From Tetramitus jugosus (Eukaryota > Protista > Heterolobosea): a DNA stretch of 64,000 nt. Position 1 is the first letter of the stretch; each line of letters starts with the position of its first letter. The position numbers and the translations under genes were made by a program. The stretch spans positions 248,001 to 312,000 of the forward strand of contig OW569349.1 in assembly GCA_937625935.1 (NCBI GenBank), given 5' to 3'. The notes below the pieces were generated by a model, which saw only the letters and a list, made by a program, of their open reading frames with translations, did no database searches and was not told the origin of the DNA. Below are positions 42,893-52,095 of this stretch, piece by piece.

Positions 42893-44636
42893 TTACTTGT
42901 TGATTGCGTTGGTGAGAACAAGGAGATGAGCCTCCAAAATTTCGAGCGCTTGGTCAGCGAGAAGTCTGGATTTGGCTGAATTGACCCAATCTCTCAGGAC
43001 AAACTCAACGTCGGAGACTTGCTCGCTGTTCAGACCATAGAGTCCTTCTTCTGTTCGTTGGTCGTAGTTTCTTCGATAAATATTTTCCAGTTCAGCAATA
43101 GCTTCACTTAGCTTTCTATTTTCGAGGTAGAACTCAGCACGAGCCAATGACGCATCGACAGTGTTACCTTCAACAAATCCCCGTTCTTCCATTACAAACA
43201 AGGTGGCAACTCTTGCATACAAGTATCCAAACAATGTATTGGATGGGGAGTAAGCAGCTCTGATGGCCTTCTTCTTCACAACCTTGAATCGATCTGCCAA
43301 ATCATCAACCTTTGGAACACCATTGACAACCAACTCTTGTGGAATAGAGTCCAAAATAGAGTGTACCAACTCGTCCTCCTTTGCAAGCTTTCTCAAAACA
43401 TCAACTTCTGGCTTAAATGGAGCATTTGTTCTCAAAATGTGTTGGAGAGCCAAGACACCAGATGTATATTGCTGAAGGGAGAAACTGTCTTGCAAATATC
43501 TAATGTTCGTTTGATATACATATTCTAGACCGTAGACCTTGTTTGATAAGTCTCTCAAGACTTCAGCACGTGACAACTTATCTTCATTGAATGCGAGGTA
43601 GAGTTCATGTTCCTTGTCTTCAATAGCTCTACGCTTCTTTTCCTCTGCAATTTGATTTGCTTCTGCCAATTTGGCTGCGACTTGTGCCTATTCGAAAAGA
43701 GAAGAATTGTTGTTTAGAAAAATGAGATTCTTGCACAAACAATGATCATTGCAATCACAATAAAAACAGATATAATACATACTTCATGTTCATCAATTTG
43801 AGCTTGCAACTTTTGTTCGTATTCTTGCTTCAAACTGGCCAATCTCTCCTCATTCTCTCTCAACAAGGTTTGCAATTGATCGACTTGACTCTGTAGAGTA
43901 GATGCCTTTGCTTCAACTGAACGCAATTCACTCTCCAACTGACTCTTGACGCTCTCCAATTGATCATGACCCTTCTTCGCTTCCTCTTCCAATTGTTGAT
44001 TCAAGTTTGCAATTTGATTCTGATAAATAGTTTGCTGTTCTACAAATTTTCTCAATTGATCCTCCAATAGTGATTGTTCGTCTTGTTGAAGCTTTTGTTG
44101 CAATTCAATTGCTGCAACAGATCTACTACTATCATCTTGTTCATGAGTTGTTGCTGCATCAGTTGCAACTGATTCAGTTTGTTGATCAAATAGGGCGGTG
44201 TTTGAAGTTGCTGTAGCTTCTTCTTCATTGATGTAATGAGTTGGTTGTTCAGCAGTGATTGTTGGTTCTTCATCAAGTGGAACAGATGTGACAACATAGT
44301 TGGATGATGGTTGTTGTTGTTGTTGAATTGACTGTTGTTGTTGTGATTGTTCATCCTTGTTGTTCAATGCTTCGGTAATCTTGTAACCAGCACCCATCAT
44401 TACAGCTCCGACACCAATCAGGAAGAGAGGTTGAGAGGTGATACTACGCTTAGTGTTTCCTGAAACAACATTTTGGAGCAATCTCTGTGATAATGGCAGA
44501 AAAAAAGTATTTTAGCTTTTTTCAATGAAATCGGCGTAAAATGAGGGAATAAAAATCAAACCTTTTGTGAGTTTTGAGCAGGAGCTGTGTTGATTAGCCT
44601 GTTCACAGTGTGTGCTTGTCTGATGGCTCTGCGCAT
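42893..44636 (-). CDS. MIC60: MICOS subunit MIC60/mitofilin; exons 44636-44562, 44484-43783, 43687-42893
   Basis: Presequence MRRAIRQ, one TM helix, coiled coil, mitofilin domain (PFKPEV, GVPKVDDLADRF, LARAEFYLE, DWVNSAKSRL); introns of 77 and 95 nt in phase 0. Confidence 0.88.
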
Positions 44637-44746
44637 GGTGTGATGATTGTCAATGTGTTATCAAAAAATGTTTTTGCAAGTTGTTGATCCTCAGCAAGCG
44701 GTGATTTTTGTTTGGGGAAAATTTATTGGCGGAAAAATCGGGTTGA

Positions 44747-45934
44747 CTATCGGGGAGAAACTGTCTCAAGCATCTCTGCATACATTGGACTCTTTTGAAA
44801 TCGAGAGTAGGTGTCTCTCAGGTTGGTGTTTGTCAAAATTGTGACTACTTCTTCAAAGAAGAAGTAATCTGGGTTTTCTCCCTCCGTTTCCATCTTTTCC
44901 TCCAATTTTCGCAGAGTCTCAGCTCCTAGATTGACCTGCAAGTGTGAGGAAGGACGAACGAACTTGTTGTATATCGATTTAATCTCACTCACCCGTTCTT
45001 CCGTTTTATCTAGTGACTTGTACTTGTTGCACTCTTCATACATTAGAATGTTCTCAATGGAACATTCTTTCAGAGCAAAGGACTTGAAGTACTTTCTCAT
45101 GACGTCATGCTCTAGTACTTCTCCAATCGAATATGTGAGTGAAAAATCTGGTGCGAAATCCATTTCGTTCGGTTGTTGTGCAAAACAAGCCAATCTTGAC
45201 CTAGGTGATTTTGCTATCCTTGGGCTAGCTATATTCAGAGAATCTAAGAACTCGCCAAACAATCCTGTGTCTTCAATCATGTCTTGCAGAGGACCGCTGC
45301 TACAAAATTCAGATGTGCAACCAATTTGAGATGGATGAGAAACAATATTGCCAACATCCATCGCTTCTGTAAAGTTCACGTAATAGTAGGCGCTCGAAAC
45401 AACTTCCTTTTCCACGAAAAAGTATGCTTGAACTCTCTTTGCATACTTATCTCGGGCAACATTTTGCAGTCCAGTACTATCCTCTACCATCTTCTTGTTC
45501 TTGAGGATTTTTGGCAAATTGACAAGCATCTTGGCCACACTGGTGTTACCTACTTCAAAATAATTGTAAAAGAATTCACCAGTAGGATCTTCGACTCTAA
45601 AAATCTTTTGAGCTACAGGCTGAACAGGCTTGTATCCTTCGTATGAAGCAAAATGTTGGTTGGCTACATCTTTCTTCTCAGCATGCACGAACACTGGGAT
45701 GATATTGCACTGGAGGAGAGCTTTATATATTTTGCTAATCTGGTACACGGCATACCTGCAAAAAATACAGCCGATATGTCTGAGCAGAACAACCATGACC
45801 TTGTACTTTCGACTCAACTCGAGTACGGACTTGCCAGCCAGTGGAGAGTTGTAAATGATCATCTCTTGCAGTACTTCCTTTGGTACCTTCAATGGAAATT
45901 GGTTAATCTTGGTATCGACAGTATCTGTTGTCAT
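44747..45934 (-). CDS. Peroxiredoxin-like 2 (AhpC/TSA-2, CxxC) domain fused to an RGS domain
   Basis: N-terminal VVLLRHIGCIFCR ... DP..FY..F; C-terminal YFKSFALKECSIENILMY, IYNKFV, QVNL, RDTYSRFQKSPMY. Confidence 0.85.
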   Translation of the reverse strand: MTTDTVDTKINQFPLKVPKEVLQEMIIYNSPLAGKSVLELSRKYKVMVVLLRHIGCIFCRYAVYQISKIYKALLQCNIIPVFVHAEKKDVANQHFASYEGYKPVQPVAQKIFRVEDPTGEFFYNYFEVGNTSVAKMLVNLPKILKNKKMVEDSTGLQNVARDKYAKRVQAYFFVEKEVVSSAYYYVNFTEAMDVGNIVSHPSQIGCTSEFCSSGPLQDMIEDTGLFGEFLDSLNIASPRIAKSPRSRLACFAQQPNEMDFAPDFSLTYSIGEVLEHDVMRKYFKSFALKECSIENILMYEECNKYKSLDKTEERVSEIKSIYNKFVRPSSHLQVNLGAETLRKLEEKMETEGENPDYFFFEEVVTILTNTNLRDTYSRFQKSPMYAEMLETVSPR

Positions 45935-45991
45935 CTTTTAGTACTTGTTTGCTTTTGTGTGTGTTTGGTCGTGGGATATTTTACTTGAAGA

Positions 45992-46112
45992 GGGATTTCG
46001 AAAAGTCAATGCCGTGTGAGAGGGGTGCTTGTCATCTGCCACACCGAAGTCCCACCGAGAGCCTCTTCGAGGTCCCCTCAGTTCACATGCCGCTGGCATC
46101 ATTCTAAATCCC
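45992..46112. other. Structured GC-rich intergenic element (nested inverted repeats; candidate ncRNA or foldback element)
   Basis: GGGATTT/AAATCCC, ATGCC/GGCAT, GTGTGA/TCACAT and GAGGGG/CCCCTC are nested, with an apical CCTC/GAGG hairpin. Confidence 0.4.
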
Positions 46113-46173
46113 CGATCACGGATGAAAAAAATTTCTTTTGGTGTTTTCTTTCGACAAAAACCAAATAGGAACA

Positions 46174-46743
46174 ATGAGCGAAGAAGACGCAAATGAGCTT
46201 CAGTTAGGACCAGACTTTTCTGAGAAGACGGTTGAATGCTTAACAATGAGCGAAGTGAGAGCCATCTTGAAGGAGAAGGATGAGCGTATGATGGAAGAAA
46301 ATCCAGAAGGCCGAAAGTATGTGTTGTGCATCATGATGATTGTTGTTGATTGTTGATTGGTGCCAAGGAAGAGAGAAGAAATCGATCAGAAGCTTTTTGT
46401 GTTCTTATTCAAAAAGGCGCCAATCTTGCATGTTGAATCGGAGTTTTGTAATAACCCGAATTTTGTAATTGCTTTGTATTTTTGCAGGGAAGTGTTTGAG
46501 AAGGCTTTGAGGCATGTGGAACGTTTGGCTCCTGATCTATCTCGTGAGACAGCAAAGGAAATGAGAAAGTTGTTGACACAACGTGGTATTCATCCGTTTG
46601 AGGCCGCTCAGCTCATTAATCTCGATCCTGATGGTGAAGATGAGGCAAGAACACTAGTTCAGTCATTGATGAGAATTAAGGACGAGAATGAGATTAAGGA
46701 GTTGTTGGACGACATGAGAAAGGTACAGGAGATGTCCAAGTAG
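46174..46743 (+). CDS. RPB4: RNA polymerase II subunit RPB4; exons 46174-46316 and 46488-46743
   Basis: EEDANELQLGPDF..CLTMSEV, VFEKAL, HPFEAAQLINLDP..DEARTLVQSL; phase-2 intron 46317-46487. Confidence 0.93.
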
Positions 46744-46872
46744 GTGATTATGTCTGTCAGATGCATCAATTGTGTGTCGATTGAATGTGTATAATAAAAC
46801 AATAAACATTGTTTACTGAGGTCATTTCTTTCGCGAGGGGTTTGTGTTTCAATTATCACGGTTGAATGATGA

Positions 46873-48312
46873 CTACTTTTCTTCCTTCACATAATTGCGT
46901 TGGTTGGAGAGTGTATTCAGTGGCCATCGACCTCTTAAATCAATGCTATCCACGGATTCTTGAAGCAAATTCGTGGAGAATAGACATCTCTCCATTCCAG
47001 CCCATGCCACCATTACGCCATTATCGGTGCAGTACTTGATGGGAGGTGTCTGAATTTGCATGTTATGCTCCATACACAGTTGTTCCAGCCTTGTCCGTAA
47101 TAATTGATTCGCAGCGACACCACCACATACTACCAAGTCTTTCACCGTTCCGGATAGATTGAACTTTGAGATTGCTAATTCTGTCTTTTCAATCAAGTGT
47201 GTAAAGGCAGTATTTTGAAATTCGTATGCAATGCAAATCTTTTGCTCCTCAGCTAGTTTACCCTTGATGTGCTTGTGCTGAGAGATGTATTGGTTCAGCA
47301 TATGTGACTCGATCTGTTCTGTGTTGTCACTATTCTGCCTCATCTCCAGTATTCTCACACACCGGAGTACGTTGGCCTTCAATCCACTAAATGAATATTC
47401 TGCGTCCTTCTTCCTTCTGTTTCTTAATGGAACAGCAAACTTAATTTCAGAGCACGCTTGCTTCACTTCGTCTGATAAGCCATGATAGAGTGAAGCCTTG
47501 TGTTCAAGTGCTGCACCAGCACTCTTGAATCCCTCCTCTCCATAGTCAATATCTAGCAAACGGGCCACCTTATCGAACGCTTCACCAATACTGTCATCAT
47601 TGGTCGTTACTAGAATTTCATAGCTTCCCAACTCTTTTGTATGCACCAATAAACAATGCCCTCCACTGACTAACATTGTCAAATATGGGAACTGAATATC
47701 AGTTGAAAACATTCTCGGTGATAGCAAATGCGCCTCCAAATGATTAATCGCAATCACCGGCTTCGAATACTCTCTACTCAACTTTTTTGCAGCTTGAATT
47801 CCCACTTTTAAGCAAGGATTCAATCCAGGACCACAAGTCACTGCAATCGCATCCATCCATTCCTCACTCTGATCCCCGTTCGCTCTTCTCTTCTCCCTAT
47901 ACTCGTCAATCACTTGTTGAATCAATTGACCAATCGCATGTTCATGACACTTGGCCACCTGATCCGGATAAACACCACCATACTGCTTCACAATGTCATA
48001 GTGAGTAATGAGACGTTCGGAGAGAACTTTGCCATTTTCATCGACTAGAGCAACACCAGTATCATCACACGAGGTTTCAATACCCAACACACGTCTTTTC
48101 ATTGTTTCTTTCTCCACCACCACCATACTAGGATGAGGATCATTCGCCGAAGCGCTGTAGTGGCGCAATTGGAGCGGTTGCGCGCCAAAATGACAGATTT
48201 TGTCGTGAGCTCTCTGAACGAATGATTCATTTATTATTATTCTAGAGGGCATTCGATGAAAGCAACAGTTCACGATTGCTGTTCTCTGTCTCATCATCAT
48301 TGTTCTGTGCAT
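46873..48312 (-). CDS. OSGEPL1: Mitochondrial tRNA N6-threonylcarbamoyltransferase (Qri7/OSGEPL1)
   Basis: VLGIETSCDDT, GPGL, NHLEAH, LVSGGH, DDSIGEAFDKVAR, SFSGLK, GGVAAN, CTDNGVMVAW; Arg-rich presequence. Confidence 0.93.
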   Translation of the reverse strand: MHRTMMMRQRTAIVNCCFHRMPSRIIINESFVQRAHDKICHFGAQPLQLRHYSASANDPHPSMVVVEKETMKRRVLGIETSCDDTGVALVDENGKVLSERLITHYDIVKQYGGVYPDQVAKCHEHAIGQLIQQVIDEYREKRRANGDQSEEWMDAIAVTCGPGLNPCLKVGIQAAKKLSREYSKPVIAINHLEAHLLSPRMFSTDIQFPYLTMLVSGGHCLLVHTKELGSYEILVTTNDDSIGEAFDKVARLLDIDYGEEGFKSAGAALEHKASLYHGLSDEVKQACSEIKFAVPLRNRRKKDAEYSFSGLKANVLRCVRILEMRQNSDNTEQIESHMLNQYISQHKHIKGKLAEEQKICIAYEFQNTAFTHLIEKTELAISKFNLSGTVKDLVVCGGVAANQLLRTRLEQLCMEHNMQIQTPPIKYCTDNGVMVAWAGMERCLFSTNLLQESVDSIDLRGRWPLNTLSNQRNYVKEEK

Positions 48313-48440
48313 TTTGTTTCTCTTCAACCCGAAAGAAGTAAAATTCGGAAAATAGACATCAGCAAAGGAGAAAAAAAAAGCACCGCCAGCCCAGAAGAAA
48401 AAGAAAACACTTGATCAACGATTGTCATCAAGCATAAAAG

Positions 48441-49595
48441 ATGCCATCCTACAAGACTGCATTCAACGGTTACAGTGTAAAATATTCACCATTCGAGAGC
48501 AACAAACTCGCAGTTGCCACTGCTCAACACTTTGGTATCGTTGGCAACGGTCGTCAATACATTTTGAGTCACGACGCAGACAATCAATCCATTCAAAAGT
48601 TGAATCAGTTTGATACGCAAGATGGATTGTACGATTGTTGTTGGAACGAAGAAAATGAGAATCAAGTGTGCTCTGTCAGTGGTGACGGCAGTGTCAAGAT
48701 TTGGGATTTGAGTACGTTGGAGAATCCGATTCGGGACTCACAAGAACACAGTAAGGAAGTGTATTGTGTGGATTGGAACTTGGCGAGCAAGGACACTTTT
48801 TTGACTGCGAGTTGGGACAATTCAATCAAACTGTGGTCAAGCACAGAGAGTGCATCGTTGGAAACGTTTGATGAACACAAGTATTGTGTGTATAGTTGTG
48901 CGTGGAAGCCTTCGAGTCAAGATGTTTTTGCGTCGGCTTCAGGTGATCATTCGGTCAAGGTGTGGAGCAGTGATGAGTTGAGTTCAGTGCTCACGATTCA
49001 AGCACACAACGGATATGAGATTTTGACATGTGATTGGAACAAGTACAATGATCATATTCTGGTGACGGGATCAGTGGACAAGACGATAAAGATTTGGGAT
49101 GTGAGAAATCCGGATCGGGAGTTGAACACTCTCAGAGGTCACACGTTTGCTGTGAGAAGACTCAAGTGTTCACCACATGATGAAACCATTATTGCCAGTT
49201 GTTCCTATGATATGACATTGTGTGTGTGGGATAGTGAGCAAGAGGATGCATTGATTGAGCGATATGAACACCATACAGAGTTTGTTGTTGGATTGGATTT
49301 CAATTTGGAGAACGAAGATGAGTTGGCCAGTTGTTCCTGGGACGAAACAGTGTATGTGTGGATGAGAGGTGAAGAGCCTGTTGCAACTCATGATGAAGGA
49401 GATTCAGATGAAGAGGATGCAGAAGATGACGCATTCAAGAGATCGTTTAAGAGCACACTTGGTCTATCGAGTGGTGGTGCCGGTGCTGGTTCTGATGATG
49501 AAGACGAGGAAGATGACGAAGGAGAGTACGATGATGAAGAAGATGAGGATCTTCAAGATGATGAAGACGATGATGATGATATTGATGATTTATAA
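48441..49595 (+). CDS. PEX7: PTS2 receptor PEX7 (WD40) with acidic C-terminal extension
   Basis: FNGYSVKYSPF..LAVATAQHFGIVGNG, FDTQDGLYDCCW, EILTCDWNKY, SCSYDMT, HHTEFVVGLD. Confidence 0.93.
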   Translation: MPSYKTAFNGYSVKYSPFESNKLAVATAQHFGIVGNGRQYILSHDADNQSIQKLNQFDTQDGLYDCCWNEENENQVCSVSGDGSVKIWDLSTLENPIRDSQEHSKEVYCVDWNLASKDTFLTASWDNSIKLWSSTESASLETFDEHKYCVYSCAWKPSSQDVFASASGDHSVKVWSSDELSSVLTIQAHNGYEILTCDWNKYNDHILVTGSVDKTIKIWDVRNPDRELNTLRGHTFAVRRLKCSPHDETIIASCSYDMTLCVWDSEQEDALIERYEHHTEFVVGLDFNLENEDELASCSWDETVYVWMRGEEPVATHDEGDSDEEDAEDDAFKRSFKSTLGLSSGGAGAGSDDEDEEDDEGEYDDEEDEDLQDDEDDDDDIDDL

Positions 49596-49604
49596 TAAAT
49601 ACTT

Positions 49605-50280
49605 TTAAGAACTGTGAAGACTCTGTGCAGTGAAGAGACCACACCTTTTGCGTGCAGCAGCCAGCGCCAATGCATCAATTTCCTTCTTCACTCTCGGTCT
49701 GAAACCACTCAAGCTGCCTATCAATACCATGGGGATACCTGAGGAAACTGAAATCCGCTTCGAGCGATGGCCCTTGGTCGCCTGATTAATTCCCAATGAC
49801 GCTGTTGTTGCGGTGAAGAGACATATCCGTTTCACCCCATTCACATAGGTTCTTGCTTTCTTACCGGCCACTGTTGTTTTGACCCCATTCGCTACCAGTC
49901 CGTTGGTGACATCTTCGATGGCATTTGTTTCTATGCCCATCATACCCTTCAGAAATTCTCTACTCGTCCATCGCAAAGGACGCTTTTCCATCTTGCCACC
50001 CTTCAGTCTCACATTATCGAACCATATGTCGATACAGCTATTAGCAGACACACCCATGCTGATCAGCTCCTTACAGACTGCCAAAGCTCGACATCTTCTA
50101 GCACAGCCCTTGGGCATAGAATGAGGCAATGCAACACACTTTCGGGTTCATTGCTGCACCAGACACACATTGTGGGCTCGGCACCCGTGCTATACAGACA
50201 TCGAACAACTTCCTCCGTGTGGAGAGTCCCACTTCTGTCACCAGTGTGGGTACTTGAGAAAGCAGAAGTCTGCCCCACTG
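49605..50280 (-). mobile_element. Degenerate 5'-truncated non-LTR retrotransposon fragment (CCHC knuckle plus RLE endonuclease)
   Basis: CVWC-x-ESVLHCLILC knuckle in one frame; after a frameshift, RLE-like IWFD..KRP, IEDVT, KKARTY, IPMVLIGSLSG. GC content visibly higher than flanks. Confidence 0.58.
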
Positions 50281-50282
50281 TA

Positions 50283-50335
50283 GTTGGCATCCTTTTGAAT
50301 CCACCTTTGTTCTGCGCAGGTTCAATGACGACCTT
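50283..50335 (+). pseudogene. Possible decayed copy of the 3' half of tRNA-Ser
   Basis: TGCGCAGGTTC (50313-50323) is identical to 50432-50442 and is followed by AATG..CG..CCTT, as in the tRNA 3' end with the T-loop segment deleted; GTTGG..TTGAATCCA resembles the anticodon arm. Confidence 0.4.
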
Positions 50336-50376
50336 GAATGTCCAAATTCTATCTATAAAAGATCTAAATATAGAAA

Positions 50377-50459
50377 GCATTGATGCTCGAGCGGTCAAGA
50401 GGTTGGACTTGAAATCCAATACCGGAAACGGTGCGCAGGTTCGAATCCTGTTCAATGCG
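50377..50459 (+). tRNA. tRNA-Ser(UGA)
   Basis: Acceptor stem GCATTGA/TCAATGC, anticodon arm TTGGA-CTTGAAA-TCCAA, long variable arm ACCG-GAAA-CGGT, T arm GCAGG-TTCGAAT-CCTGT, discriminator G; TATAAAA upstream (50354-50360) and TTTT downstream. Confidence 0.96.
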
Positions 50460-50553
50460 AACCTTTTGACTTGTCTTGGGTGTTTGTCCTTCCATATCAG
50501 CAGAGCAGCATGCCAGTTTTTGAACTCATTGCAATTGTCTCAACACGTACTGT

Positions 50554-51939
50554 TTATTCTTCAATGGATTTGAAGATCCTATCAAAAGCGAGTTGCAGTA
50601 TGTCTGCAGGAGCGGCAGTGAAGCATATCCTGAACCATCCTGGATCTTGAGTGCAAAAGAAGGTTTCACCAGCACTAATGTTCACTTTGGCCTGTCTGAA
50701 AATATGATTCCAGAATGCCCTTTCATCAGCAAGGGTAATCTGATAGTCTGATGACTTCTTCATCCATTTTCGGATGTGATTGCCAAGATAGACGAACAGA
50801 AACATACCTCCTCTGGCTTCAACATACTTTACATTGTGTCTTTGAAGTGTATTGACTGCAGACGTATACGACTCAGCCATACGTTTCCTATTGGTTCTTG
50901 TGAAGAATCGAATAAACTCGTCATCCTTCAATAAGTGACTCATAACTTGTTGCGTATGGGAACTCACACCAACAAAGTAGCTACAGCTTCTGAATGCCTG
51001 TAAAACATTTGCATTGTGTGAATAAAGTACACCGACTCTAAATCCACTCAACACAAAGTCCTTGCTAAAACTGTAGATGAGGTGAGTGAACTGACAACCT
51101 CGATCTCCATACTTGTCATCTAGCATCAATCGACCAGCACTGACAAAATCTACATAGTCATCATCATCTCCATGATTTGTCTTGTTATTGTTAAAAATGG
51201 AGAGAGCATACACTTCATCACTAATGAAATGAATGTTTGTCTCTTCGCACCAGTCCATCAACTGACGCATCACACTCTCAGAATAAATCTCACCAGTGGG
51301 ATTGTTTGGTGAACAGAGCAGAAAGGCTCGCACAGTCTTGCCCTCGATTGTTGCGCGCGTGAAGCACTCTTGAACAACTTTGAGTGTGAGCTCAAATCGC
51401 TTCTTCTGAGCATCATACGGCAAATAAACAGGCAAAACGTTACAGTGGAACCTCTTTCCAAAATCACTAGGGAAGGAACGATACAGGGGAGCAGGGATCA
51501 TAATGTACTCACCCTCATCGCATATCACTGAACCAAGTAGCTCTAACAAGGAACCTGAACCGTTTCCAACAATCAAATGATCTGGGTTCACACTCTTGTT
51601 CAAGTCAACCGAAACAGAAGCGTCACCGTTTTCTATCACACTAGCGAAGACGTTGTTCTGTAGCAAGTGAGCCAACGCTCTACGGAACTGTGGATCACCC
51701 GCGAAATCAGTGTAATTCAAGTGGCGGGGTTCAATTGGATGCTTGGCTTGCAGTTCTCGGACCTTGTCACACATTTCTTGAGCCATGAGCACATTATCGG
51801 CTAAACCAAGATTAATGTATCCATCCTTGTTGTTTTCTGCATGGAACATGTCATAAAAAGCCTCACTGGATGCCGTGGAAAATGTTGGGTCATCTTTGAG
51901 TTGTTCTGCTCTCTTGGAAAGTGGTGGTGGGTTCTTCAT
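50554..51939 (-). CDS. ACC-synthase-like class I/II PLP-dependent aminotransferase
   Basis: YINLGLADN, SPNNPTG, ISDEVYALS, YSFSKDF(PLP Lys)VLSGFRVG, PGWFRICF. Confidence 0.9.
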   Translation of the reverse strand: MKNPPPLSKRAEQLKDDPTFSTASSEAFYDMFHAENNKDGYINLGLADNVLMAQEMCDKVRELQAKHPIEPRHLNYTDFAGDPQFRRALAHLLQNNVFASVIENGDASVSVDLNKSVNPDHLIVGNGSGSLLELLGSVICDEGEYIMIPAPLYRSFPSDFGKRFHCNVLPVYLPYDAQKKRFELTLKVVQECFTRATIEGKTVRAFLLCSPNNPTGEIYSESVMRQLMDWCEETNIHFISDEVYALSIFNNNKTNHGDDDDYVDFVSAGRLMLDDKYGDRGCQFTHLIYSFSKDFVLSGFRVGVLYSHNANVLQAFRSCSYFVGVSSHTQQVMSHLLKDDEFIRFFTRTNRKRMAESYTSAVNTLQRHNVKYVEARGGMFLFVYLGNHIRKWMKKSSDYQITLADERAFWNHIFRQAKVNISAGETFFCTQDPGWFRICFTAAPADILQLAFDRIFKSIEE

Positions 51940-52095
51940 GGTTTTGTTTGTTGTTTTTGTTCAGGTATTATTCTCCGGACTAGAAAGAAGCTTTGTGAGA
52001 CATAACACGTAAATGTGCCAAGAATGTGTGATTCTTGTTCCTAGCACTTGGGAAGTTTTATTTCTCAATCTAGAATCAGATGCAAAGACATTAAT

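Noticed and set aside
45758-45769. Selenocysteine (SelU-type) recoding in the PRXL2 domain
   Set aside because: Both motif positions are Cys codons (TGT, TGC); there is no in-frame TGA.
46021-46075. AGGGGTGCTTG resembling a TPP riboswitch start
   Set aside because: The essential CTGAGA and ACCTGA/TAATGC elements are absent.
13715-48189. TTTSSCGC matches inside coding regions (about 13715 in the kinase, 40139 in BTB-TLDc, 48182 in OSGEPL1)
   Set aside because: Within CDS and not at the 80-120 nt upstream position; treated as chance background, which tempers the E2F claim.
50121-50573. 150-aa plus-strand ORF and the 5' part of ORF 50063-50455
   Set aside because: They run through the tRNA-Ser gene and are not credible proteins.
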